A stretch of DNA of 53,539 nt from a virus. Lineage: Duplodnaviria > Caudoviricetes. The DNA is taken from the IMG/VR virus record IMGVR_UViG_3300033143_002559, positions 1-53,539 of that record. The stretch is one strand, 5' to 3'. How positions within the stretch are numbered: the first letter of the stretch is position 1; each line of letters begins with the position of its first letter. Positions 18,769-27,434 of the stretch are shown here, in pieces. Below the pieces are notes generated by a model. The model searched no databases, was not told the origin of the DNA, and worked only from the letters and a program-made list of their open reading frames with translations. The translations under genes and the position numbers were made by a program.

Positions 18769-19161
18769 TTATCCTCCAGGGAGCCCAACGGCAAAGAGAC
18801 GAACGATGATACCGACAGCAGAGCCAATCAGCAGAAGAATTATCGCCCACAACATCTTCGTCTGTCCGTCCAGCCGGTGATGTGCAGATTTCGCAGACAC
18901 CTCCACCAGTGCAGTCCGTTCGCTCTGAACGGCACACAGGCCAGTAATGGTACTCTGAAAACCAGTCACCGCACTGAGCGTCTCGTCGTGATTTACGCGG
19001 CTACGCATCTCCGCAGCTTCGATCACGCCGGTCAGCTTCGACAAAGCCCTGGCCTGGTCGTTGTGCCCATTTCTCACCCGAGCTATTTCGCCTCTGACCT
19101 CCGCAAACTCACGGGCGCACTCGATCAAGGGCCCCCCGGTCTGGTTACTACTGCCGGTCAT
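18769..19161 (-). CDS. XhlA-like membrane protein (holin-like)
   Basis: VEVSAKSAHHRLD followed by a C-terminal TM helix. Confidence 0.6.
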   Translation of the reverse strand: MTGSSNQTGGPLIECAREFAEVRGEIARVRNGHNDQARALSKLTGVIEAAEMRSRVNHDETLSAVTGFQSTITGLCAVQSERTALVEVSAKSAHHRLDGQTKMLWAIILLLIGSAVGIIVRLFAVGLPGG

Positions 19162-19174
19162 AAAATTCCCTCCA

Positions 19175-19642
19175 TTATGTCAACCCCGTAACGACACCAG
19201 TACGAACAACCCCAAGGTCATCCTTGACTTTAATCTTCAAAAGTGGGGGCTCTGGCTCACCACAGGCCCCCTCTACAACAATCAACCCCGCCGAGTTGGT
19301 CGGGATAACCTGGACCTGATTCTGTACCAAGATTCCATTGAGAACGTCATGGAAGTTGTTATTGCTCCCCTCAATAATTACCGTGTACTGCCCGTCCTCG
19401 AACTCAATCGAGTAGCCATTAATTATCTCGATGGTCTTGGCATATGTCACGCCAGCAATCGTGACCTCCGGGTTGTGACGGTGCGTGTCGGGGTGCGCGA
19501 TTCCCTCTTCATCGTCTTCTAAATCCTTGAGGTCGAGGCGCAGGACATCGCTGTCCAGCGTGTAGATCGTGCCGGATTCGAGAGTCAGGTACGTCTTAGG
19601 AACGTAGATGACAAAGGTTGCATACGTGATCGAGATCGCCAT
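19175..19642 (-). CDS. Virion structural protein
   Basis: Beta-rich, ~155 aa; TAATG coupling; in the tail cluster. Confidence 0.65.
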   Translation of the reverse strand: MAISITYATFVIYVPKTYLTLESGTIYTLDSDVLRLDLKDLEDDEEGIAHPDTHRHNPEVTIAGVTYAKTIEIINGYSIEFEDGQYTVIIEGSNNNFHDVLNGILVQNQVQVIPTNSAGLIVVEGACGEPEPPLLKIKVKDDLGVVRTGVVTGLT

Positions 19643-19926
19643 CAATTAACCTCTGTTGACAACCCTGCTTCTCTGAGCCTGGAGCGAAGCTCGCCTATCT
19701 CTGCCGCTGCCATCCTCGAACGCTCATTAAAATCGTCCCCGAGTAATTGTGCGTTCTGCTGTGACGCAGCCGCCTCTGCCCCGAGTCGGATCACGGTACT
19801 CTTGAGTGCGGAGTTCTCAGCCGCCAGCTTGCCGACCTGGGCCTGATTCTTGTCCGCCGCTTCACACATCGAGTCGTACCTGAGCTTGATGTCCTTGTAT
19901 TTCTCTTCGAGTGTTGGGTCTGCCAT
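19642..19926 (-). CDS. Small coiled-coil protein (possible chaperone)
   Basis: 94 aa helical; GGGGG SD. Confidence 0.55.
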   Translation of the reverse strand: MADPTLEEKYKDIKLRYDSMCEAADKNQAQVGKLAAENSALKSTVIRLGAEAAASQQNAQLLGDDFNERSRMAAAEIGELRSRLREAGLSTEVN

Positions 19927-19934
19927 GTTGCCCC

Positions 19935-22409
19935 CTAGCTATCCGGTATCAGATACACGGTCACTGATAGCCCATTGTCCTTGTCCACGGTCTCGTTGAT
20001 CGGAGATGACTTGTACAGGTCTGGGGACGTGGACAACCGCGCCCGGCCAGTCACAGGCTGATCCGCAGAGATTGTGCGGCTGTCAGTCACGATGCCGCCT
20101 GCGTTGGTCAGCGTATTGAAGTAGCCCCCGGTGGCCTTGATCGTGCCGGTGGCCGGGGAGGTTGGACTACCGCCCACGGTGTAGGTATAGGTATCTGCAG
20201 TGAGTACCTCGATCTCGAAGGCCCCGTTGTACTCATCCTGGTCGGCTCCCTCGATGAAAACAAAGTCACCAGTAGCCAGCCCATGACCTGTGTGAGTGAC
20301 GGTGGCCGTGTTCCCACCTACCCCAACATCCCCGATCCAGTCCACTGTTCCAGCAGCGCAGTCGTCGATGTCGATGTAGTCATCGGTTTGTGGGTCGCCG
20401 GTATGATCGCTCCCCCCAAACCGAATATCAGTCTGAGCTAGATCGGTGGATGCGTGAGTAAAGTCACCAGAGTCCCACAATGAATCAAGGTTGTGATCCC
20501 ACAGCTTGCACCTGATGGTGTCATCACCAGTTCCGCCGCCGTTGTTCGAATAGAACTCACACATCATCCAATCTGTGTGAACCGTCATTAAGCTGGACGC
20601 TGTAGATGTGAACCCGCTGTAGTTGAAATTTATTGAGAACTTCCAGCCCGTTTGGGGGTCTTGTGTTTGGACCTTGAAACTTACATTTGGACTGCCGGTG
20701 GCCTGATGACAGATCCCCGCTAAGTGCATTTGCTGATACACCGCATCAAAAATAAACCCACTTGAAACCCTGAACCAGAAGCGAAGATATACGGTTTCCT
20801 CGTCGGAGATTGTTTCGTAAACTCTAAGATCGGCACCATCCCCATCAAATACAGCCCTCGCCCCCCAGTCGCCGTTTTTATTCGCGCTGTCTGAGGCAGC
20901 AATCGTGCCGTGGGTTGTTACTGATCCAGAAAACTCACTCAGATCCTCTTCTTCAAAATCGTTATCAAACAAATTTCGCAGGGTGCTGCGCGTGATCGAC
21001 GTAACTGACTCCTGGTAAGGGAAGTCGCCAGCATCGCTCGACGCCAACAGGAGAACCCGCGCATCCTCAAGCACGGCCTGGGTGTCGATGTCCTTGACCG
21101 TCACCTGAGTCGTCACCGGATCCGCCACGAAGTTGACTACCGTGGTCCCTGCCGCCTTGTAAGAGATGTTGCCGGTGCAGCCTGAGAGGTTGACTGTGAT
21201 CGTGCCGCTAGTCCTGGCGAAGTAGAGTGTCGAGTTGTTCGCGTCATCTGCGGCGTTGTAACCAGAGAACGCAATTCCGGTCAACGTCATGGTTGTGGGT
21301 GAGGAGGTTCCAAACTCAATCGCATGGGTCTCAGCGGTGCCCTTGGTGAACTCGGTATTGTCCATCTCACCATTCGGGTCAGCCGCCTCGTCGTAGATCA
21401 AGTAGGAAGTATCAGCGGTGCCCTCGTAGTTCTTGAATACGCAGTCATCCATGTCAGCGCCACCGTGTGTGATCTGGCCGCAATCATCAAACGTATTGCC
21501 GGTGACTGTTTGGCCGGACCCAAAAGTACTTGCGGCTGCGCGTACAATAAGATTGTCTGTAATTGAAACGGTTGCATCCGTGTCAGAAAAATCAAAGATG
21601 AATCTCGTTGAATCGCCGGTGCCTGCCGCCTTGAGAACAGAGTTCTTGATGACACAATCGCAACCGGACCCCTGCGCGTTGATCTCGTAAAGGCCCGAAG
21701 CAACCGTAAGACTTCCTGACGGATCAACGAAAACGAGAACCTCGCCATCCATCTCGAAATATGTAGTGGTTGCGCCGCTGCCTATCTGCACTTCACCAGT
21801 ACCAAAATACACGCCGTTGACTTCTCGAATGATCCCATATCCGTAGAGTGTAGTCGTGCCACGGTCTGCCTCTTCGATATCGGCTAACGTCACCTCGTCG
21901 CCAAGCGTGCCACCCGTGAACGAATACCCATCAAGGTATCTGAGGACATCCATCCACATATTGATGACGTTCTTCGAGTTGCCGGTGTGATTCGCCTCAA
22001 TGCCCCACCGATCAACATTGGCGAGCGTAGGGCCAGTGAACGCATCCATGTCTTGCCAGAAGTAAAACCAGCCACCGAAGTAGGTGTCCGAGCCAAACAT
22101 TGTAATGTGGTTCGATTCAGTCGAGCCGTCGTAGACCCATAACTGATACCCGTCGTTGGCCTCATCTTCCATGTACGGCATGTTCGTGGTGTTGATCCAA
22201 CCACGCAGGGTTTTCCCAACACCAGTCGAAGGTGCGCCACCATTGTCGTAGTACGAGTCCTCGCCATCCGAACGAGTAATCCCCGACATCGACGCCAAGC
22301 CTTCGACTTTCAGATCAGTGTCCCCGGTCGTCAGGTTCACCCAACCAGTGTTGACATCAGCATCATCCAACTCCGTGTGGTTCAATAGGGTGAGGGTCGG
22401 AGCGGCCAA
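19935..22409 (-). CDS. Virion appendage protein with inserted lectin-like domain
   Basis: 824 aa, Thr/Gly/Asp-rich; SITRS...GNTATVTHTGHGLATGD motif interrupted by a ~223-aa domain. Confidence 0.7.
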   Translation of the reverse strand: MAAPTLTLLNHTELDDADVNTGWVNLTTGDTDLKVEGLASMSGITRSDGEDSYYDNGGAPSTGVGKTLRGWINTTNMPYMEDEANDGYQLWVYDGSTESNHITMFGSDTYFGGWFYFWQDMDAFTGPTLANVDRWGIEANHTGNSKNVINMWMDVLRYLDGYSFTGGTLGDEVTLADIEEADRGTTTLYGYGIIREVNGVYFGTGEVQIGSGATTTYFEMDGEVLVFVDPSGSLTVASGLYEINAQGSGCDCVIKNSVLKAAGTGDSTRFIFDFSDTDATVSITDNLIVRAAASTFGSGQTVTGNTFDDCGQITHGGADMDDCVFKNYEGTADTSYLIYDEAADPNGEMDNTEFTKGTAETHAIEFGTSSPTTMTLTGIAFSGYNAADDANNSTLYFARTSGTITVNLSGCTGNISYKAAGTTVVNFVADPVTTQVTVKDIDTQAVLEDARVLLLASSDAGDFPYQESVTSITRSTLRNLFDNDFEEEDLSEFSGSVTTHGTIAASDSANKNGDWGARAVFDGDGADLRVYETISDEETVYLRFWFRVSSGFIFDAVYQQMHLAGICHQATGSPNVSFKVQTQDPQTGWKFSINFNYSGFTSTASSLMTVHTDWMMCEFYSNNGGGTGDDTIRCKLWDHNLDSLWDSGDFTHASTDLAQTDIRFGGSDHTGDPQTDDYIDIDDCAAGTVDWIGDVGVGGNTATVTHTGHGLATGDFVFIEGADQDEYNGAFEIEVLTADTYTYTVGGSPTSPATGTIKATGGYFNTLTNAGGIVTDSRTISADQPVTGRARLSTSPDLYKSSPINETVDKDNGLSVTVYLIPDS

Positions 22410-22418
22410 TTATCCTCC

Positions 22419-24347
22419 TCAAGAATCGCTGATTCTTGATGCCGTAGCGCCACCGCCGGTCGAGAGAAGCTGAGAGTTCCCCTCATAGGTCTTGATTGGG
22501 GAAGCCCCGCCATCCCTCACCCGCACCCTCAAGTCCTGCGGACCGGAGGTGTAGATCGTGGTGTAGTCAATAGTGATCCCGCTCGCTTCGTCGTCGATGT
22601 AGGAACACATGGTCGGCTGCGAGATTGCCGCATCATTTGGGGTAGACCAACTCTCATCCGTAATCGTGAACGTGTCCGTCCCATTATGCGCCGTGTACGC
22701 GATCCTCCGAATGCGGAGATCGTCCAGTGTGACCCGTAGTGTGCCGGTTGCTGGAGTGTTGTCTGGGATTGCGTTCACCACACAGGATGTTTCACTTGCT
22801 TGATCAAGTGCCTCAGCGAGAGTCATCTGATCGAACTCGAATGCGTCCCCGGTGTCCTTGGGTCCAACCAGGCAACGGTCGCCTGAGATGACGCCTCCAA
22901 GGGTCCAGGTGACATTGTTGGGGGGCGTATTCACGTCGCCGTCGAGATCCGTAACGGTATCCGATGAAGTAAGGTTGGTATCAAGAACCCCGACCCCGAA
23001 TCCACCAATGAGCGTACCCACATAGGAACCAAGGAAGACCGGAGTAACGGTCTGTCCAATCACCGTGTCCGTCGCATCGCAGTAGGCATCAGAGGTCAAC
23101 CCATACACATAAGAGTTGTTTACCGGGTCGCCGCCCGTCTGCTTCATGATGTGGTGCCTCAAGCCAGCAGTATCGTTGGCGAGCAAGATGCCTGAGCCGC
23201 CCTCCAGCCCGTTGTCCACAATGGTCGTGTCAATCGCTGCCGTAGTACCGGACGCACCGTTCCCCTCTCCCATCTCGTACTCGGTGATCACGTCGTTGTT
23301 CAGGAGGGTGATGGCCGTATCCTCCAGTGCAACGATTAAGATGTCCACCCCGTCGTCAAACATCACTCGACCGGCTGCACCACTGGTCCCGATAATCACG
23401 TAGTGGCCCGGAGTGAACGGACCACTCACCAGGGTCTTGTAGGTGATCTGCGTCCCCCACACCACCGTCTCGTCCTCTTGGAATGTGCCACTCAGCCCGT
23501 CATAGTCGTAACTATGAGTGATGCCTGCGAACAGTTCGCCGTCGATGCCGCCGTGAACCGTGTCGGTGGTCCCGGTGCGAGTGATGTCCTTACCCCACTC
23601 CCACACGGCCTTCAACTGATCGCCGGAAGTATCGGCACCGTAGGTCCACTTGGAGTAGTACGGCTGGTCCCCATTGCCATCTCCGATGTCAATTTCTTGG
23701 AATCCTTCGGTGTTGGTGACATGGGTGTAGGCTGTGATTGTAGCGTGGTCGTGGTCGTTCTGCGGATCATCGACTGAGCTAACAGCCGCAACTGCAATGC
23801 CGTCACCGAGCGTCACGTTGAAGAAAGCGTAGCTGTCTTCGAGATTGCGGATCTGCACAATGATCTGTCCCTGGTCGATCTCGCAGCCCCACTCCTTCGA
23901 TTTGACCATGAACTCGCAGAGCGTCGAGCCGCCGCCGTTGTAAGGGGCCACCTGATCGCCCCAAAACGGAGCATCCCCGTCATACAGCGTCTTGTCCTGC
24001 ACGACCTGGACCTGCGTGGAGGTGCTGACCACGGAGCCAAGAACCCTCACGGTAGAGTAGCGGGTCTCAGTAGCCCCGCTGCCCTGCGTGATTGACCCGT
24101 TGTAGAAATACTCGCTCGCATCATCGTCGATATTGTATGTCGATAACAACGCGATGATGTTGTCCGTATCACGCCTTGATGGGGTCACGCTCGTGATGTC
24201 TGTGATGTCCCCACCGGAGGCAGACGACTCGTTATCCGCTAGATCCTGAAGCCACCTGTGTAGCTCCAGGACCGTGTAGTGGTTAGTGTTTGCCGTATGG
24301 CGAATGTCGCCTCCGACGTTGAGCGTAAAATCGTCACCTATCGCCAT
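22419..24347 (-). CDS. Virion structural protein
   Basis: 642 aa, acidic and Thr/Gly-rich; N-terminal YTVLELHRWLQDLAD pattern; GGAGG SD. Confidence 0.7.
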   Translation of the reverse strand: MAIGDDFTLNVGGDIRHTANTNHYTVLELHRWLQDLADNESSASGGDITDITSVTPSRRDTDNIIALLSTYNIDDDASEYFYNGSITQGSGATETRYSTVRVLGSVVSTSTQVQVVQDKTLYDGDAPFWGDQVAPYNGGGSTLCEFMVKSKEWGCEIDQGQIIVQIRNLEDSYAFFNVTLGDGIAVAAVSSVDDPQNDHDHATITAYTHVTNTEGFQEIDIGDGNGDQPYYSKWTYGADTSGDQLKAVWEWGKDITRTGTTDTVHGGIDGELFAGITHSYDYDGLSGTFQEDETVVWGTQITYKTLVSGPFTPGHYVIIGTSGAAGRVMFDDGVDILIVALEDTAITLLNNDVITEYEMGEGNGASGTTAAIDTTIVDNGLEGGSGILLANDTAGLRHHIMKQTGGDPVNNSYVYGLTSDAYCDATDTVIGQTVTPVFLGSYVGTLIGGFGVGVLDTNLTSSDTVTDLDGDVNTPPNNVTWTLGGVISGDRCLVGPKDTGDAFEFDQMTLAEALDQASETSCVVNAIPDNTPATGTLRVTLDDLRIRRIAYTAHNGTDTFTITDESWSTPNDAAISQPTMCSYIDDEASGITIDYTTIYTSGPQDLRVRVRDGGASPIKTYEGNSQLLSTGGGATASRISDS

Positions 24348-24362
24348 AGTAAACCTCCAAGG

Positions 24363-24818
24363 TTAAGTCTCTTGAACCCAAAATACTGCCTCACCGAGCC
24401 CGAGCAAAAGGTCTGCCGGCTCCGCGGTCGCCAGTGTCAAATAAAGATCGCCCGTAAGCGGGTATTCATGTCCTGCGGTTAAGGGCAGGTAGCCATCTGC
24501 CGGCCGGCCTGAATCATCGGTGCCGCTTGCAGACATGGTGTGGAAGCTGCCTGCCCACTGAAGAACGAGATAGAGCTCGTCCGCCGAGGAGTCAACGTAG
24601 ATGCCGAGCCCGTCTTTCGGGTAATCGGCAGACAACGGCTCACCGCTGCCGGTCCTGGTCTCGTAGAACAGGGTGCCGGCGAGGTTGGGGTTCGAGATGA
24701 AGACGAGAGACTCGAGCAGTTGCCAGGCGCGTTCCGCCTGTGCTTTCGGAAGGTTATCGCCTATCCACTTCCGAAAGTTGCGTACCTGTTCGCGCTTGGC
24801 GAGATCACCTGATGCCAC
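24363..24818 (-). CDS. Virion/tail-associated protein
   Basis: 151 aa; GTG start with GGAGG SD; GSGEP...GIYVDSS...YLPLTAG...LTGDL fiber-like motifs. Confidence 0.6.
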   Translation of the reverse strand: MASGDLAKREQVRNFRKWIGDNLPKAQAERAWQLLESLVFISNPNLAGTLFYETRTGSGEPLSADYPKDGLGIYVDSSADELYLVLQWAGSFHTMSASGTDDSGRPADGYLPLTAGHEYPLTGDLYLTLATAEPADLLLGLGEAVFWVQET

Positions 24819-24819
24819 G

Positions 24820-25494
24820 TTACCTCCGACGATTCCTTCTCAGAAGTTGCCCGAATGTCACGATGCGCTGTTTGTAGTAGGCCGCGGCCGGGAGGGAGCG
24901 CCTGGCGCTGAGTCCCGACTTGCTGGAGAGCTCCGCCTGCTTCTTGGCCTCGTCGCGCTGGCTTTGAAGCTCGAGGCTGATTTCGGTTGCTCTGTTGATA
25001 ACCTGGAGGTCGTACCCCTGCGGCAGATCGGAGAAGTTAGCCTCCGAATGATCCGGCGCGGTTGGGACCTTGATGAAGGGGATGCGAATGGTGTTGACGC
25101 CGCCGGGTTTCGGACAGAACTGGACCTGGCGCCGACCGTCCGCCCCTAGCCCCTCTTCCCAGTAGTAGAAGGGGTCCTGTTGGCCCAGGAAGATCCCGGT
25201 GTTCCTGTACCAGTCGGCGTCTCTCAGATCCATTGGAATCCCGGTCGTGAGGTTGTTGGCAGGCTCGAGGAACTTCAAGACGTTGGTGGCCGTCATCTGA
25301 TAGAGCTCTACGCCGGCCTCGGTGTCAATCTCCTCAGAGTCGCGGAGGTTGGCGAACTCGTACATCTCCGCAATGTCCATCTCCGCGAGCCAGATGTGTT
25401 GCGCGAGCTCGGCATTAGGCACATCGCCGGTAGCCGGGTCGCCGGTAGCCGATCGAAGCATCGCAATTTTGTCGAGTGAGGAGAATCTAGCCAT
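24820..25494 (-). CDS. Head-tail adaptor (tail tubular A / P22 gp4-like)
   Basis: 224 aa; DPFYYW...VQFCPKP...IRIPF...SDLPQGY pattern; basic C-terminus. Confidence 0.75.
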   Translation of the reverse strand: MARFSSLDKIAMLRSATGDPATGDVPNAELAQHIWLAEMDIAEMYEFANLRDSEEIDTEAGVELYQMTATNVLKFLEPANNLTTGIPMDLRDADWYRNTGIFLGQQDPFYYWEEGLGADGRRQVQFCPKPGGVNTIRIPFIKVPTAPDHSEANFSDLPQGYDLQVINRATEISLELQSQRDEAKKQAELSSKSGLSARRSLPAAAYYKQRIVTFGQLLRRNRRR

Positions 25495-26591
25495 TACAAC
25501 TCCTGGTCCTCGTCGTCAACGGTCTCGACACTATCAAACGACGGGTCGTACTCGTTGATCTGTTTCGGGAGACGCTCCCAGTGTTCTCTGCAAACCACGG
25601 TCTTCCCCAGGTACTTCTCAGCCGGGTCGAGGATGCGTTCTGAGCCGGAGGTTGGAACGTTGGTCATTCCTGGCTTGGAAACATCTTTCTGTACCCGGAA
25701 GGACTCACCCCACCAAATTTGCTGGTCGTCGTAGGTTGTCACCTTGAAAAACGCATGGACGGCATCAGCGTCAAAGAAGCCAGCCGGATACCACATATCA
25801 TCAGAGACCCAGGCTTGTTGCCCCTCAACTCCGGTCCAGGTCCCCATAACTTGCCGTTCTTCTCCTCCCCCGCCGTAGTCGTAGTAAAACCCAAATTCGA
25901 CCGTCAGGGATGGATGAACGGTTGTTTGATGCGTCCCAAAGGTGCCCTGCATCAAATACTTGGTAAACGATGTCAGATTAATCGCGTCCTTTGAAACAAT
26001 CTCACCGTCACCCCAAAAGGAGGCCGCGCCGTTCACTATGTTGGCGCCGGCATAGGGATGGACCTTCCAATGCCACCGCGGGCGGCCCATCGAGACTTCA
26101 CCAAGATCGTCGGTGTCCACCGTCCATCCGGCGTCATTGAACCGCGACCATGGGAGGTAGTTTGCTGCCTTCTCGACCCGGCGCACCTGGATCTGGCGCA
26201 CGAGCTCCTCGACTGGGAACCATCCGTGACAGACGTCGCATTGCTCGGTGTACTTGCCACCGGAGCCCATAAAGGAGCCCGTGCCAACTGCAATCGCCTT
26301 GGTTGCCCACTCCAGGCCGCCGGGGTAGGTGGGGCTGGTGATGGTGATTGTCGCGTCCTCGTGGTCAGCCGTGAAGGAGACCATCGGCACCAGGGCGACG
26401 ATCTCGCCCCGCCTGGTCTCCGAGGTGTCCCATCTCACGGGCCCGCCGTCGTGGGAGGTGGAGTAAACTGCTACTGCGCCAACCTCAACCGTTACAGCGG
26501 TTACGTCCGAAAGGTCGGGGCTATCGAACCCATCCTTGAGGATGAATTGTTGGAGCCCGCCTTTCTGCGCGTGAAGGAATGACCGTGCCAC
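25494..26591 (-). CDS. Virion protein with split Zn-binding motif and inserted domain
   Basis: GKYTEQCDVCHGWFPVEELVRQ ... VVCREHWERLPKQ separated by ~200 aa. Confidence 0.65.
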   Translation of the reverse strand: MARSFLHAQKGGLQQFILKDGFDSPDLSDVTAVTVEVGAVAVYSTSHDGGPVRWDTSETRRGEIVALVPMVSFTADHEDATITITSPTYPGGLEWATKAIAVGTGSFMGSGGKYTEQCDVCHGWFPVEELVRQIQVRRVEKAANYLPWSRFNDAGWTVDTDDLGEVSMGRPRWHWKVHPYAGANIVNGAASFWGDGEIVSKDAINLTSFTKYLMQGTFGTHQTTVHPSLTVEFGFYYDYGGGGEERQVMGTWTGVEGQQAWVSDDMWYPAGFFDADAVHAFFKVTTYDDQQIWWGESFRVQKDVSKPGMTNVPTSGSERILDPAEKYLGKTVVCREHWERLPKQINEYDPSFDSVETVDDEDQEL

Positions 26592-26851
26592 TATTCGCCT
26601 CTCCCATTCTCGATCTTCTTCTGCGCGACGTTAGCTCCGAAGTAGAGCCCTATAATGAATATAACTCCTCCTGACCAGATTGCGAGGGAGGAGCTCCATT
26701 GAGTCTGTAGAGCTGCGTTGTCGAGCCATTTGAGCAATCGCGCCAGGAGAGCGATCCCCAGGTTCAGGAGGTGCATGGAGGTGTAGAGGATCAGGGCGCC
26801 TTTCGTTAGGGCCCATTTCCTCGAGGCGCGGGGGTCGAAGTCGGCCATCAG
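26591..26851 (-). CDS. Putative holin
   Basis: Two TM helices; SRKW N-motif and GLYFGANVAQK C-motif; next to the endolysin (start approximate). Confidence 0.7.
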   Translation of the reverse strand: MMADFDPRASRKWALTKGALILYTSMHLLNLGIALLARLLKWLDNAALQTQWSSSLAIWSGGVIFIIGLYFGANVAQKKIENGRGE

Positions 26852-27246
26852 TAGCACCACGCACTAGGCCGAGGCTTCACACTGCCCTTGTGGACGTCTA
26901 CATGGATGAAGCCCCTCGCCGTGCCTACTCCCTCCGCCCCGTGGTTGTGGGCGGCTTTCTGTACGACGTAGCGGTGCCTGCCGCCCTCCACCTGAATGTC
27001 CGCTGCTTCGCCTAGACAATGGACGGAGTTTTCGACCCCGCCCTCATTTTGATTATGGTGTTGACAGCGACACCAGGACGTAAGGCGAACAGGCCCGCCA
27101 ACATCTTCTCTGATTGCTTCAAGGAGCATGATGATCTCCAGCTGGACGTCCCCGATCTCCCGCCCGAACCCGCACCCGCACTTGCAGGCCGCCTCGTAGA
27201 CGTAGAAGTTTCGGGCGCCAGGCAGGAGGTCATTCATGTCTAGCAT
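26848..27246 (-). CDS. Endolysin, peptidase M15 (Zn D-Ala-D-Ala carboxypeptidase-like)
   Basis: EAACKCGCG, TSWCRCQHHN, SVHCLGEAADI, FIHVD. Confidence 0.9.
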   Translation of the reverse strand: MLDMNDLLPGARNFYVYEAACKCGCGFGREIGDVQLEIIMLLEAIREDVGGPVRLTSWCRCQHHNQNEGGVENSVHCLGEAADIQVEGGRHRYVVQKAAHNHGAEGVGTARGFIHVDVHKGSVKPRPSAWCY

Positions 27247-27434
27247 TGCCGGTCCTTTAGGCCCCTCTTGTACGCAATCTGATCTATGGCCTGGAGCACC
27301 CCTTCGGCTATGCGCTGCCTGTAGGTCCGCGAAGTCACTCTCCCCTGGCAGGGCTTACGGACCTCTTCCATGACGGCCCTGTGACAGTAGACCCAAATCG
27401 GCTTGAGGTCTGGAGGGATTACCACTTGCGCCAT
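27240..27434 (-). CDS. Hypothetical protein
   Basis: 64-aa ORF overlapping both neighbours. Confidence 0.5.
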   Translation of the reverse strand: MAQVVIPPDLKPIWVYCHRAVMEEVRKPCQGRVTSRTYRQRIAEGVLQAIDQIAYKRGLKDRQC

